Assembly: GCA_963828255.1 (NCBI GenBank)
Contig: CAWHDZ010000014.1
Location: forward strand, 1-59,323
Length of the DNA stretch: 59,323 bases
Direction: 5' to 3'
DNA from: an uncultured delta proteobacterium
GTDB taxonomy: Bacteria; Myxococcota; Myxococcia; Myxococcales; Anaeromyxobacteraceae
In this document: piece by piece, positions 19,681-28,679 of the stretch
How positions within the stretch are numbered: position 1 is the first letter of the stretch
Layout of the letters: every line of letters begins with the position of its first letter
Made by a program: the position numbers and the translations under genes
The notes under the pieces: model-generated
Seen by the model: the letters and a program-made list of their open reading frames with translations, nothing else
Told to the model about the DNA's origin: nothing
Database searches by the model: none

Positions 19681-21593
19681 TCGCCTCGCAGCCCCTCGAC
19701 CGGCTCGAGCCGGGCTGCGCGGGTGGCCGGGTAGATGGTGGCCAGGTAGGAGAGCGCGATGGCGGCGAGCGCCACCAGCGCGAAGTCACCCCCGTCCACG
19801 AGCACCGGCAGGTGGCTGATGTAGTAGACCTCCGGGTCGAGCGGGATGCCCACGCGGGAGACCAGCGAGGTCGTTCCCAGGCCGAGCAGGAGTCCGAAGC
19901 CGGTCCCCACGGTGCCGATGGCCAGCCCCTCGGCCACGAAGATCTTCATGATGCTCGTGGTGGTCGCGCCCATGGAGCGGAGCACCGCGATCTCGCGGGT
20001 CTTCTCGAGCACCAGCATGACCAGCGTCGCCACCACGATGAAGCTCGCCACCAGCATGATGAAGCCCAGGATCACCGCCATGGCGATCCGCTCCATCATG
20101 AGGGCCGAGAAGAGGTTGCGGTTCATCTCCCCCCAGTCCTTGGTGCGGAAGGGGTAGCCCTCCAGGACGGCCAGCACCTTGCGCATCACCGGGCGGGCGG
20201 CGTTCACGTCCTTCACCTTGAGCTCCAGCCCGGTCACCGAGTCACCCGCGCCGAAGAAGCGCTGCGCCTCGGCGAGCTGGAGGTAGGCGAACTTGGCGTC
20301 GTACTCGTAGAAGCCGCTGTAGAGGAGGCCGGCCACGCGGAAGGGGCGGCTCTTGGGCTGCGGCCCGGCCGGCCCGATGTCGCCGAACGGGGAGACCACG
20401 TTGACCACGTCGCCCACGCCGACGCGCAGCCCGCGGGCCAGCTCCCGCCCCAGCAGGATCCCGGGCAGATTCTCCGCCGGGGCGGCGTCGGGGGTCGGCG
20501 CTCCGGCCGGAGGCCGGTCCTTGCCGGCCCCGTCGAGCGCCTCGGAGAGCCCCATCCGCGGCTTCGCCGGCGGGATCTCCTCGGGCCGGTCGAGCCACTC
20601 GAGCCTCCCCTCCTCCAGGCTGCGCGGGATCTCGGTGACCTTCCCCAGCGTGGAGGTGTCCACCCCCTTCAGGATCGAGCCGGTCAGGTTCTGGCCGGCA
20701 GAGAGCATCACCTCGGCGTAGAGGAACGGGGTCGAGGCCGCCACCCCGGGGACGGAGAGGACCCGCTCCTGCGTCCCGCGCCAGTCGGTGAAGTCGTTCT
20801 GCCCGTACTTGAGGACCACGCCGTGGGCGTGGGCCCCCAGGATCTTCGACTTGAGATCCTGCTCGAAGCCGCTCATCACCGAGAGCACCACGGTGAGCGC
20901 CCAGACCCCGGTGGCCACGCCACCGATGGAGATGAGGGTCATGAGCATGGTGGCGGGCAGGCGCGGCCGCTCGTGCGGCTCCCCGGAGAGCGCCGCCAGC
21001 CTGGCCTTCCGGTCCTGCCAGGCCGACCAGGCGATGCCGGCCAGCAGCCCGGGGACGACGCCGGTCACCACGATGAGGAAGAGGGCGAAGAGGGTGCGGG
21101 CGTGGAGCCGGAGGTGGCTCCGCGCCACGTAGATCTCCCAGCCGATCGAGGCGTCCAGCCTCCCGGAGCCGGTGAGCAGGAAGGCCAGCGTCGAGCCCAG
21201 GAAGGAGAGCGCGCCCGTGGAGAGGCAGGCGAGCAGGAGCCCCGCCGTGAGCACCACCCTCCCCTGGTACTGCCAGGTGTGGAGGACGAGCGGGAGCCCG
21301 CGCAGGGCCGGGAGGACGAGCACCAGCGGCCCGAGGGCCAGCGCGAGGAGGAGCAGCGTCGCCGCCGCCAGCTCGTAGAAGGCGATGCGCCGGCCGGCCA
21401 CCGAGGCCGCGGCCCCCCCGAGAACGGCCCAGGCGGCTCCGGCCCCGATGGCCAGGCCGGATGCGGTCCCGGCCGGGAGCCCGAGCCGGTCGGAGAGGAA
21501 GACGTGGCCGAGCGAGGCCAGCACCGGCGCGCCGATCACGGCGGCGGCCGAGAGCCCGAAGGAACGCCAGGAGAAGACCGGCTCCAAGGTCAC
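19677..21593 (-). CDS. Lipoprotein-releasing ABC permease LolC/E with N-terminal multi-TM extension
   Basis: LISIGGVATGVWALTVVLSVMSGF, WGEMNRNLFSAL, EKTREIAVLRSMGA and VYYISHLP motifs; lysS-lolC/E-lolD-bamA order. Confidence 0.9.
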   Translation of the reverse strand: MTLEPVFSWRSFGLSAAAVIGAPVLASLGHVFLSDRLGLPAGTASGLAIGAGAAWAVLGGAAASVAGRRIAFYELAAATLLLLALALGPLVLVLPALRGLPLVLHTWQYQGRVVLTAGLLLACLSTGALSFLGSTLAFLLTGSGRLDASIGWEIYVARSHLRLHARTLFALFLIVVTGVVPGLLAGIAWSAWQDRKARLAALSGEPHERPRLPATMLMTLISIGGVATGVWALTVVLSVMSGFEQDLKSKILGAHAHGVVLKYGQNDFTDWRGTQERVLSVPGVAASTPFLYAEVMLSAGQNLTGSILKGVDTSTLGKVTEIPRSLEEGRLEWLDRPEEIPPAKPRMGLSEALDGAGKDRPPAGAPTPDAAPAENLPGILLGRELARGLRVGVGDVVNVVSPFGDIGPAGPQPKSRPFRVAGLLYSGFYEYDAKFAYLQLAEAQRFFGAGDSVTGLELKVKDVNAARPVMRKVLAVLEGYPFRTKDWGEMNRNLFSALMMERIAMAVILGFIMLVASFIVVATLVMLVLEKTREIAVLRSMGATTTSIMKIFVAEGLAIGTVGTGFGLLLGLGTTSLVSRVGIPLDPEVYYISHLPVLVDGGDFALVALAAIALSYLATIYPATRAARLEPVEGLRGE

Positions 21594-23131
21594 TCGCGCG
21601 GCTTCAGCAGCGGGAACAGGATCACGTCGCGGATCGACGACGAGTCGGTGAGCAGCATGGCCACGCGGTCGATGCCGATCCCCTCCCCGGCCGTGGGGGG
21701 CATCCCGTGCTCCAGGGCGCGGACGAAGTCCTCGTCGAAGGGCATGGCCTCCTCGTCGCCGGCGGCGCGGGCCCTGATCTGGGCCTCGAAGCGGGCCCGC
21801 TGGTCGGCCGGGTCGTTCAGCTCGCTGAAGGCGTTCGCCACCTCCATGCCGGCCACGAACATCTCGAACCGGTCCACGAGGCGCGGGTCGGAGTCGCGGC
21901 GGCGCGAGAGGGGGCTGGTCTCGATGGGAAAGTCCACCACGAAGGAAGGCCGGTCGGCGGGCAGCTGGTGCTCGCAGAAGACCTCGAAGGCCAGCGCCAC
22001 CGCCTCCCCCGGCGTGGCCCGGGAGGCCTTCTCCAGCTTCCAGGCGTCCTCGCTGTCCCCCTCGCGGGTGGCGGCGCGGGAGAGCGCCTCGGGGAGGCCG
22101 CGGCCGGACAGCGCGTCCTCCGGCGAGAGCCCGAGCGCCCTGGCCCCCATCTCCAGCATGGAGAGGCGCGGGAAGGGGGGCGTGAAGTCGATGACCTGTC
22201 CCTGGAATGTCACTTTAGGTGAACCAGACACCTTCACCGCCAGTTCCAGGAAGAGCTCCTCGGTGAGGCGCATCAGATCTTCGTGGGTGGCGTAGGCCTG
22301 GTAGAACTCGATGCTGGTGAACTCGGGGTTGTGGCGCCGGTCGATCCCCTCGTTGCGCCAGATGCGCCCGATCTCGTAGACCCGCTCCAGCCCGCCCACC
22401 ACGAGCCGCTTGAGGTGGAGCTCGGTGGCGATGCGCAGCTTGAGGTCGAGCCCGAGGGCGTTGTGGTGGGTCTCGAAGGGGCGGGCCGCGGCGCCGCCGG
22501 CCTCCTCCGGCTTGTGCAGGGTCGGGGTCTCCACCTCCAGGTAGCCGCGCTCGTCCAGGAAGCGCCGGATGGTGGAGACGATGCGGGCCCTCTTGACGAA
22601 GGTATCCTGGACGCCGGGGGTCGCCACCAGATCGAGGTAGCGCTGCCGGTAGCGCTGCTCGACGTCGGCCAGGCCGTGCCACTTCTCGGGCAGGGGCCGG
22701 ATGGCCTTGGTGAGGATGGTGAAGGTGGCCGCCTCGACGGTGAGCTCACCGGTCTTGGTGCGGGTGGCCGGGCCGCGGGCGGCGATCACGTCGCCCACGT
22801 CGAGGAGCTTGAAGACCTCGAAGGCCGGGTCCCCGACCTTGTCCTTCTTCACCCAGACCTGGATCTCGCCGGAGCGGTCGCGGACCTTGAGGAATGCGGC
22901 CTTGCCGAAGCTGCGCACCGCCAGCACCCGCCCGGCCACCGACCAGTCGCCCGGGTCGAGGGCGATCTCCGGGGCCAGCGCCTCGCCGTAGCGCGCGTGG
23001 AGGTCTCGGGCCAGGTCGGCCGGGACGTGGCCGTTGCCGTACGGGTTCACGCCGAGCTGGCGCAGCTGCTCGGCCTTCTTCAGCCGCTGCGCGACGATCT
23101 CGCGCTCGGTGGCTCCCAGCTCCTCGGACAT
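21590..23131 (-). CDS. lysS: Lysine--tRNA ligase (class II)
   Basis: RYRQRYLDL, GGAAARPFETHHNAL, RNEGIDRRHNPEF and HGMPPTAGEGIGIDR motifs. Confidence 0.98.
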   Translation of the reverse strand: MSEELGATEREIVAQRLKKAEQLRQLGVNPYGNGHVPADLARDLHARYGEALAPEIALDPGDWSVAGRVLAVRSFGKAAFLKVRDRSGEIQVWVKKDKVGDPAFEVFKLLDVGDVIAARGPATRTKTGELTVEAATFTILTKAIRPLPEKWHGLADVEQRYRQRYLDLVATPGVQDTFVKRARIVSTIRRFLDERGYLEVETPTLHKPEEAGGAAARPFETHHNALGLDLKLRIATELHLKRLVVGGLERVYEIGRIWRNEGIDRRHNPEFTSIEFYQAYATHEDLMRLTEELFLELAVKVSGSPKVTFQGQVIDFTPPFPRLSMLEMGARALGLSPEDALSGRGLPEALSRAATREGDSEDAWKLEKASRATPGEAVALAFEVFCEHQLPADRPSFVVDFPIETSPLSRRRDSDPRLVDRFEMFVAGMEVANAFSELNDPADQRARFEAQIRARAAGDEEAMPFDEDFVRALEHGMPPTAGEGIGIDRVAMLLTDSSSIRDVILFPLLKPRE

Positions 23132-23254
23132 CGATTCCCTCGTGCTCCTGCTTCCGTGGTCGCCCTTTCGGGGCGCAGGCTAGACGGTGAAAGCCCTCGC
23201 GGTCAACGCGCGGGCGTCCGGGGGTCTTCCGCCGCGCAGGGCGCGGCGGTGCCA

Positions 23255-24853
23255 TCAGATGGCCGGGCTGTAGGTGCGGTAGTCCAGCTCCGGGAAGATG
23301 TTGTCCCGCGACTCCACCTGGTCGAGCCAGGTCTCGTCGATCGTGCCGCCGCGGATCTGGTCGTGGAGCCGCGTGAAGCGCATGACGTGCTCCCGGGTGC
23401 GGCGGATGGCGTAGTCCACCATGGTGCCGGTCTTCATGATGAAGGCCCAGTCGGAGGACTGCGCCAGCAGGAGCTCGCGGGCCGCCTGGTTGAGGGCGCG
23501 GCGGGCCAGGGCCTCCGGCTCGGGGTAGTCGCGGGCCAGCGCGATCATGCGCTCGGCCGCCTTGTGGAGGTGGCGGTAGATCCAGTCGTTGGAGCCGTCG
23601 AGCCAGACCCCGGCGTAGCCACCGGCGCCCCAGGAGCAGAGCGGGGGCGTGGCGACTTGCTGCTCGGGGTTGTCGCGCAGGTAGTCCCCCGGCGTGGCCA
23701 GCCGGAAGACCTTCTGGTCGAAGGCCACCTTGCGGACCAGGAAGTCGATGAACTGCGGCCCCTCGTACCACCAGTGACCGTAGAGCTCGGCGTCGTAGGG
23801 CGACACCACCATGGGACGCACGCCGCGCATGTTCCCGGCCAGGTGCTCGATCTGGCGCTCCCGGTTGTACATGAAGTTCCCGGCGTGGGCCGCGGCGCGC
23901 TCGCGGGCCCGCCAGGGGTCGTAGGGCTCCTTGTGGCCGCCCTTGCCGGTGATGCGGAAGTACTTGATGCCCACGTTCTTCCGGTTCCCGTCGGGCTGGA
24001 TCCAGGGCTTGATGTACTCCCAGTCGAGGTCCCAGCCGATGTCCCGGTAGAACTCCCGGTACTCGGGGTCGCCCGGGTAGCCGTGCTCCGCGCTCCAGAC
24101 CTGCTGCGACGACTCGGCGTCGCGCGCGAAGGCGGCCGGTCCACTGGGGGTGAACAGCGGCGCGTAGACCCCGTGGCGCGGGCGGGGGGTGGCGTCGGCC
24201 ACACCGTGGGTGTCGGTGAAGAAGAACCGGATCCCCTCCTCGGCGAGCAGCTCGTCCACGCCCGGGTAGTAGCCGCACTCGGGCAGCCAGATGCCGGCCG
24301 GGCTGCGGCCGAAGTGGCGCCGGTGGCTGGCCGCGGCCACGGCGACCTGGGCCCGGGCCGCCTCGGGGTACTGCTGCATGAGCGGGAGGAAGCCGTGGGT
24401 GGCGCCGCAGGTGATGAGCTCGAGCCGGCCGGCGTCCTCGAGCCTCCGGAAGGCGGCCACCAGGTCCCGGTCGTAGCGGTCCTCGAAGAGCCCGTGCAGC
24501 TCGCGGAACTCGTGCTGGTAGTACTGGGCCAGCCCGTGGAAGGTGGGGTCGTGGCGGGTGCGCCGGACCTCCTTGTCGGTGAGGTCGCAGAGCTTCTCCA
24601 GCCGCTTCGCGTAGCGCCCGATGAGGAGCTCGTCCCGCAGCATGGCCACGAGCGGCGGCGACATGGTCATGGAGATCCGGAACGGGATCCCCTCCTCGGT
24701 GAGCTTGTCGAAGATCCTCAGCAAAGGCAGGTAGGTCTCGGTGATGGCCTCGTAGAACCAGTCCTCCTCGAGGAACTCCGGGTGCTCCGGGTGGCGCACG
24801 AACGGCAGGTGCGCGTGGAGGTGGAGCGACAGGTAGCCCTGGACTTCGCCCAT
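23255..24853 (-). CDS. GH57 1,4-alpha-glucan branching enzyme (DUF1957)
   Basis: HAHLPFVRHPE, ETYLPLL, GIWLPECGY, PYDAELYGHWWYEG and QSSDWAF motifs. Confidence 0.93.
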   Translation of the reverse strand: MGEVQGYLSLHLHAHLPFVRHPEHPEFLEEDWFYEAITETYLPLLRIFDKLTEEGIPFRISMTMSPPLVAMLRDELLIGRYAKRLEKLCDLTDKEVRRTRHDPTFHGLAQYYQHEFRELHGLFEDRYDRDLVAAFRRLEDAGRLELITCGATHGFLPLMQQYPEAARAQVAVAAASHRRHFGRSPAGIWLPECGYYPGVDELLAEEGIRFFFTDTHGVADATPRPRHGVYAPLFTPSGPAAFARDAESSQQVWSAEHGYPGDPEYREFYRDIGWDLDWEYIKPWIQPDGNRKNVGIKYFRITGKGGHKEPYDPWRARERAAAHAGNFMYNRERQIEHLAGNMRGVRPMVVSPYDAELYGHWWYEGPQFIDFLVRKVAFDQKVFRLATPGDYLRDNPEQQVATPPLCSWGAGGYAGVWLDGSNDWIYRHLHKAAERMIALARDYPEPEALARRALNQAARELLLAQSSDWAFIMKTGTMVDYAIRRTREHVMRFTRLHDQIRGGTIDETWLDQVESRDNIFPELDYRTYSPAI

Positions 24854-25840
24854 CTAGGCGCCTTCCTTCCCACCGCGCCGCTTCCCGCCGCCCCAGGCCC
24901 GGGTCGGGGAGGAGGGGCGTGCCGGCTCCGGGCGGACGTCCCAGGCCGGGGCGGTGGGCTTTCCGCCCTTCGACAGGCGGGCCAGCATGGCCCGGATCTC
25001 CTCCGGGAAGGCCGCTCCGACCCGCGCATCGCGCAGCCAGGAGTCGAGCGGGAGGTCCCAGGGGATGGTGGCGAAGCGATCGTCCACCACCGGCGAGGGG
25101 CCCGAGGCGGGCAGCGCCACCTCGTTGGACGGCTCGCCCACCCGCCGCTCCCTGCCGTCCCTGGACACGGCCACGATCACGCCGCGGTAGGTGCGTCCCG
25201 GCTCGAGGTCGTGGACGTAGAAGCCGCGGGCCTCGAGCGCGAACTCGGCGACGCGCACCGTCTCCCACTCCCCGTCCCCGCGCAGCGCCAGCACCCGCAG
25301 CTGGGCGCGGGGGCGGTCCAGCCACTCGAAGCCCTGCTTGCGGGTCTCCTCGGAGTGGTCCCAGTAGAAGAACATCGTCCGGGGGTCGCGCGGCAGCCCG
25401 ACGAACACGTCCTCGCCGTAGCTCCAGGGCAGGTCGCCGAGCCCCTCGTCGTCGGCGGGCACCGGGACGTCGGCCAGGGCCCGCAGCGCCATCGGATCCT
25501 CCCGCTCCTCCCCTTCGGTCATGGGGTGGGGGGCACGCCTGGCAGCCTCCTCGCCGAGGACGCGGGCGACGAAGTAACCGTCCGGATCGAGCCCGCCCAC
25601 CGCGGGAGGGCGCGTTGGCCCCCTGCCGCGGGCCGGCGCCTTCGCGGCGCTCGCCTTCGGAGGGATGGGCTTCTTCGCCGCGACCTTCGCCGCCGGCGCC
25701 TTCTTCGCGGGGGCCTTCTTCGCGGGGGCCTTGGCTGACGGAGCCGGGGGCCTCTTCGGCGCCGCAACGGGCGCGCTCTTCGCGGGGGTCTTCGGGGTGG
25801 GCTTCGCCGGGGCCTTCTTGGTGGGCTTCTTCGTCGCCAT
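24854..25840 (-). CDS. DUF4912 domain protein with Lys/Ala/Pro-rich N-terminus
   Basis: LPWSYGED...LPRDPRTMFFYWD...SNEVALP; this family is often found next to GH57. Confidence 0.8.
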   Translation of the reverse strand: MATKKPTKKAPAKPTPKTPAKSAPVAAPKRPPAPSAKAPAKKAPAKKAPAAKVAAKKPIPPKASAAKAPARGRGPTRPPAVGGLDPDGYFVARVLGEEAARRAPHPMTEGEEREDPMALRALADVPVPADDEGLGDLPWSYGEDVFVGLPRDPRTMFFYWDHSEETRKQGFEWLDRPRAQLRVLALRGDGEWETVRVAEFALEARGFYVHDLEPGRTYRGVIVAVSRDGRERRVGEPSNEVALPASGPSPVVDDRFATIPWDLPLDSWLRDARVGAAFPEEIRAMLARLSKGGKPTAPAWDVRPEPARPSSPTRAWGGGKRRGGKEGA

Positions 25841-26121
25841 GGTGCCCGTAGAAAAGGCTTCCCCCGGCGGCGCGTCAAGCGCCACGTGGACGAATCGCCT
25901 CCGGGTACGTCACCCGGCGGGGTTATCGTGGCCGAAACGGTGCGGGGTGTCTGGAACGGGCAGGCCTGCTAACGTGGAAGGATCGCGAGGAACCCCTGAA
26001 GCCCAGAGAACCAGAGACCCTCGAGCCCACCCCCATCTGCGGCAGCTGCGGCCACCCCCACCGGCCGGGGGAGCCCTGCACCGCGGCGCGCCTGGCCGGT
26101 GCCGGGACCGGCACGCTGGCG

Positions 26122-27912
26122 ATGGATGCCTCGGAGGTGCGACCCGAGGGGCTCCGGCCGTCCGACCCGATGGTGGGCTCGACCGTGGGGAGCTTCCGGG
26201 TGGTGCGGGCGCTCGGGCGCGGGGGCATGGGGACGGTCTACCTGGCCGAGCACCCGGTCATCGGCAGCCGCGTCGCCATCAAGTTCCTGCACGAGTCGAT
26301 GGCCACCAACCCGGAGCTGGTGGCCCGCTTCTACGACGAGGCGCGCGCGGTGAACCGGATCGGGCACGAGAACATCGTGGGGATCTTCGACCTCTCGATG
26401 CTCCCGCCCAACCGGTACTTCATCGTCATGGAGTACCTGGACGGCGACGCGCTCTCGACCCTCCTCCGCCGCGGCCCCATGGCCCTCCCCGAGGCGGCGG
26501 CCATCCTCCTGCAGCTGTGCGACGCGCTCCAGTGCGCCCACGAGCGGGGCGTGGTGCACCGGGACCTCAAGCCCGACAACGTGTTCGTGCTGCACCGCCG
26601 TGGTGCACCCTTCGTGAAACTGCTCGACTTCGGGATCGCCAAGCTGCGCGACGGGCCGACCGGCGCCCAGACCGCGGCCGGGATGCTCGTGGGGACGCCG
26701 GAGTACATGGCGCCCGAGCAGTGCGACAACCGGCCCGTCGACGCCCGCACCGACGTCTACGCGCTCGGTGTGATGGCCTACCAGATGTTCACCGGGGTGC
26801 TGCCCTTCACCGGCAGCATCACCCAGCTGCTCATGGCCCACGTCCGGGAGACCCCGCGCCCGCCTCGCTCGGTGAACGGGGCGCTCCCCGCTGCGCTCGA
26901 CGACGCCATCCTGCGGGCCCTGCACAAGCGCCCGGACGACCGCTTCCAGGACATGGGCGCCCTCGCAGCCGCCCTGTCCGCCTGGCGCGACCAGGAAGCT
27001 CCCCGGGCGGAGCCACCACCGCCCGTTCTTCCGACGCCGGTCGCCGCGCCGCGGCCCTCCATCCGCGTCCAGCTGGCCGGCGAGCCCCAGGCCCGGGCCT
27101 TCCCGGCCTCCGAGCTCACCCGGGGCGGCGTGTACCTGGAATCCGGGCCTCCCCTGCCCGCGCCCCTCTCGCGGGCCGTGGTCTCGGTTCCGGACGAAGG
27201 CTCCGGCTCCTCCCCGGTCCCCGCCGAGGTGGTGCGCGTGGTCCGGCCCGAGGACGCCGCGGCCTGGGGAATGGCGGCCGGGTTCGCCGTCCAGTTCCTC
27301 CCGGTCACGCCGGCGGAGCGCGCGGCCCTGGAGCGGCTGACCGGGGGGGTCTCCTCCACGCCCCGCGCCGGCCCCTCCGACGAGGCGGCGGCGGCGCTGC
27401 TCGATGCGCTCGAGACCCACTCCGCCGGCACGCACTACGAGTTCCTGGGGCTGCCGCACGACGCCGAGCTGAAGGAGGTCCAGAGCAGGGCCCGGGCGCT
27501 GCGGGTCCAGCTCGAGGGGCTGCGGGGTCGCAAGCTCTCTCCCCGGCACGCCGCGCTGGTGGCCCCGCTGCTGGCCCGGGTGGCCTTCGCCGCCGACGTG
27601 ATCGGGGTGGCCTCGGAACGGCTCGCCTACGACGCGCGAAGCGGCAACCACCTGGGGGTGGCGCGCTGCATCGCGTCCGGGCTCCCCGAGGCGCTGCTCG
27701 CCCAGCGCCGGCTGGAGTTCCTGAGGGAGCGACCCGGCTCGGAGGCGCGGGTGCGGCAGTGCCTGACGCGCGCCAAGGTGGCCCGCGCGGTGGGAAACCT
27801 CGGATTCGCCCGCGCCCAGTACGAGGAGGCCCTGGGCGCCGACCCGCTCGACCTCGACATCCACCGCGAGTACTGGGCGCTGCGGCGCGAGATGGAGGGA
27901 GGGACCCCGTGA
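26122..27912 (+). CDS. Ser/Thr protein kinase with PilZ-like, J-like and TPR-like C-terminal regions (true start may be upstream)
   Basis: LGRGGMGTVY, VAIK, HRDLKPDN, DFGIAK, GTPEYMAPE and DVYALG motifs. Confidence 0.93.
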   Translation: MDASEVRPEGLRPSDPMVGSTVGSFRVVRALGRGGMGTVYLAEHPVIGSRVAIKFLHESMATNPELVARFYDEARAVNRIGHENIVGIFDLSMLPPNRYFIVMEYLDGDALSTLLRRGPMALPEAAAILLQLCDALQCAHERGVVHRDLKPDNVFVLHRRGAPFVKLLDFGIAKLRDGPTGAQTAAGMLVGTPEYMAPEQCDNRPVDARTDVYALGVMAYQMFTGVLPFTGSITQLLMAHVRETPRPPRSVNGALPAALDDAILRALHKRPDDRFQDMGALAAALSAWRDQEAPRAEPPPPVLPTPVAAPRPSIRVQLAGEPQARAFPASELTRGGVYLESGPPLPAPLSRAVVSVPDEGSGSSPVPAEVVRVVRPEDAAAWGMAAGFAVQFLPVTPAERAALERLTGGVSSTPRAGPSDEAAAALLDALETHSAGTHYEFLGLPHDAELKEVQSRARALRVQLEGLRGRKLSPRHAALVAPLLARVAFAADVIGVASERLAYDARSGNHLGVARCIASGLPEALLAQRRLEFLRERPGSEARVRQCLTRAKVARAVGNLGFARAQYEEALGADPLDLDIHREYWALRREMEGGTP

Positions 27913-28667
27913 CCGCCCCGCCGACCGTCCTCGTCACCGGCGCCACCGCCGGCTTCGGCGAGGCCACCGCCGAGCGCTTCGCCAGGGACGGCGCCCGCCT
28001 GATCCTGGCCGGACGGCGCGCCGACCGGCTCGAGGCGCTGGCCCGTCGGCTTTCCGCCCTGGCACCGGTCCACCCGCTCACCCTCGACGTCCGCGACCGC
28101 GCCGCGGTGGAGCGCGCCCTCTCCACCCTCCCGGCCGCGTTCGCAGAGGTGGACGTGCTGGTCAACAACGCCGGGCTGGCGCTCGGGCTCGAGCCGGCCC
28201 ACCGGGCCAGCACCGACGAGTGGGAGCAGATGATCGACACCAACAACCGGGGGCTGGTGGTGATGACCCGGCAGGTCCTCCCGGGCATGGTCGAGCGCGG
28301 GCGCGGGCACGTGGTCAACGTGGGCTCGGTCGCAGCCCACTACCCCTACCCCGGCGGGAACGTCTACGGCGCCACCAAGGCCTTCGTGCACCAGTTCTCG
28401 CTGAACCTGCGCGCCGACCTGGTCGGCAGCGGCGTGCGCGTCACCTGCGTGGAGCCGGGCATGGCCGAGACCGAGTTCTCGCTGGTGCGGCTCAAGGACG
28501 CCGGGAAGGCCCGGGCGGTCTACCAGGGCGTGACGCCGCTCACCGGCGCCGACGTGGCCGACGCCATCCACTGGGCGGTCACCCGGCCGCCCCACGTGAA
28601 CGTGAACGTCATCGAGCTCATGCCCGAGCAGCAGGCCTTCTCCCCCCTGGCAGTGAGGCGGCGGTAG
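27909..28667 (+). CDS. NADP-dependent SDR oxidoreductase (YdfG-like)
   Basis: TGATAGFG, NNAGLALG, YPGGNVYGATKAF and EPGMAETEFS motifs. Confidence 0.9.
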   Translation: MTAPPTVLVTGATAGFGEATAERFARDGARLILAGRRADRLEALARRLSALAPVHPLTLDVRDRAAVERALSTLPAAFAEVDVLVNNAGLALGLEPAHRASTDEWEQMIDTNNRGLVVMTRQVLPGMVERGRGHVVNVGSVAAHYPYPGGNVYGATKAFVHQFSLNLRADLVGSGVRVTCVEPGMAETEFSLVRLKDAGKARAVYQGVTPLTGADVADAIHWAVTRPPHVNVNVIELMPEQQAFSPLAVRRR

Positions 28668-28679
28668 CCGGAACGGACC

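Noticed and set aside
16451..19789. Apparent 1112-aa BamA
   Set aside because: The extension is an off-frame read of lolD; the signal peptide begins at GTG 18940.
25660..25835. Tandem CTTCTTCGC-like repeats
   Set aside because: These are coding repeats for KAPAK peptides of the DUF4912 protein.
25665..28667. Apparent 1000-aa ORF ending in an SDR domain
   Set aside because: Only 27909..28667 is real; the upstream part is an off-frame read of the kinase.
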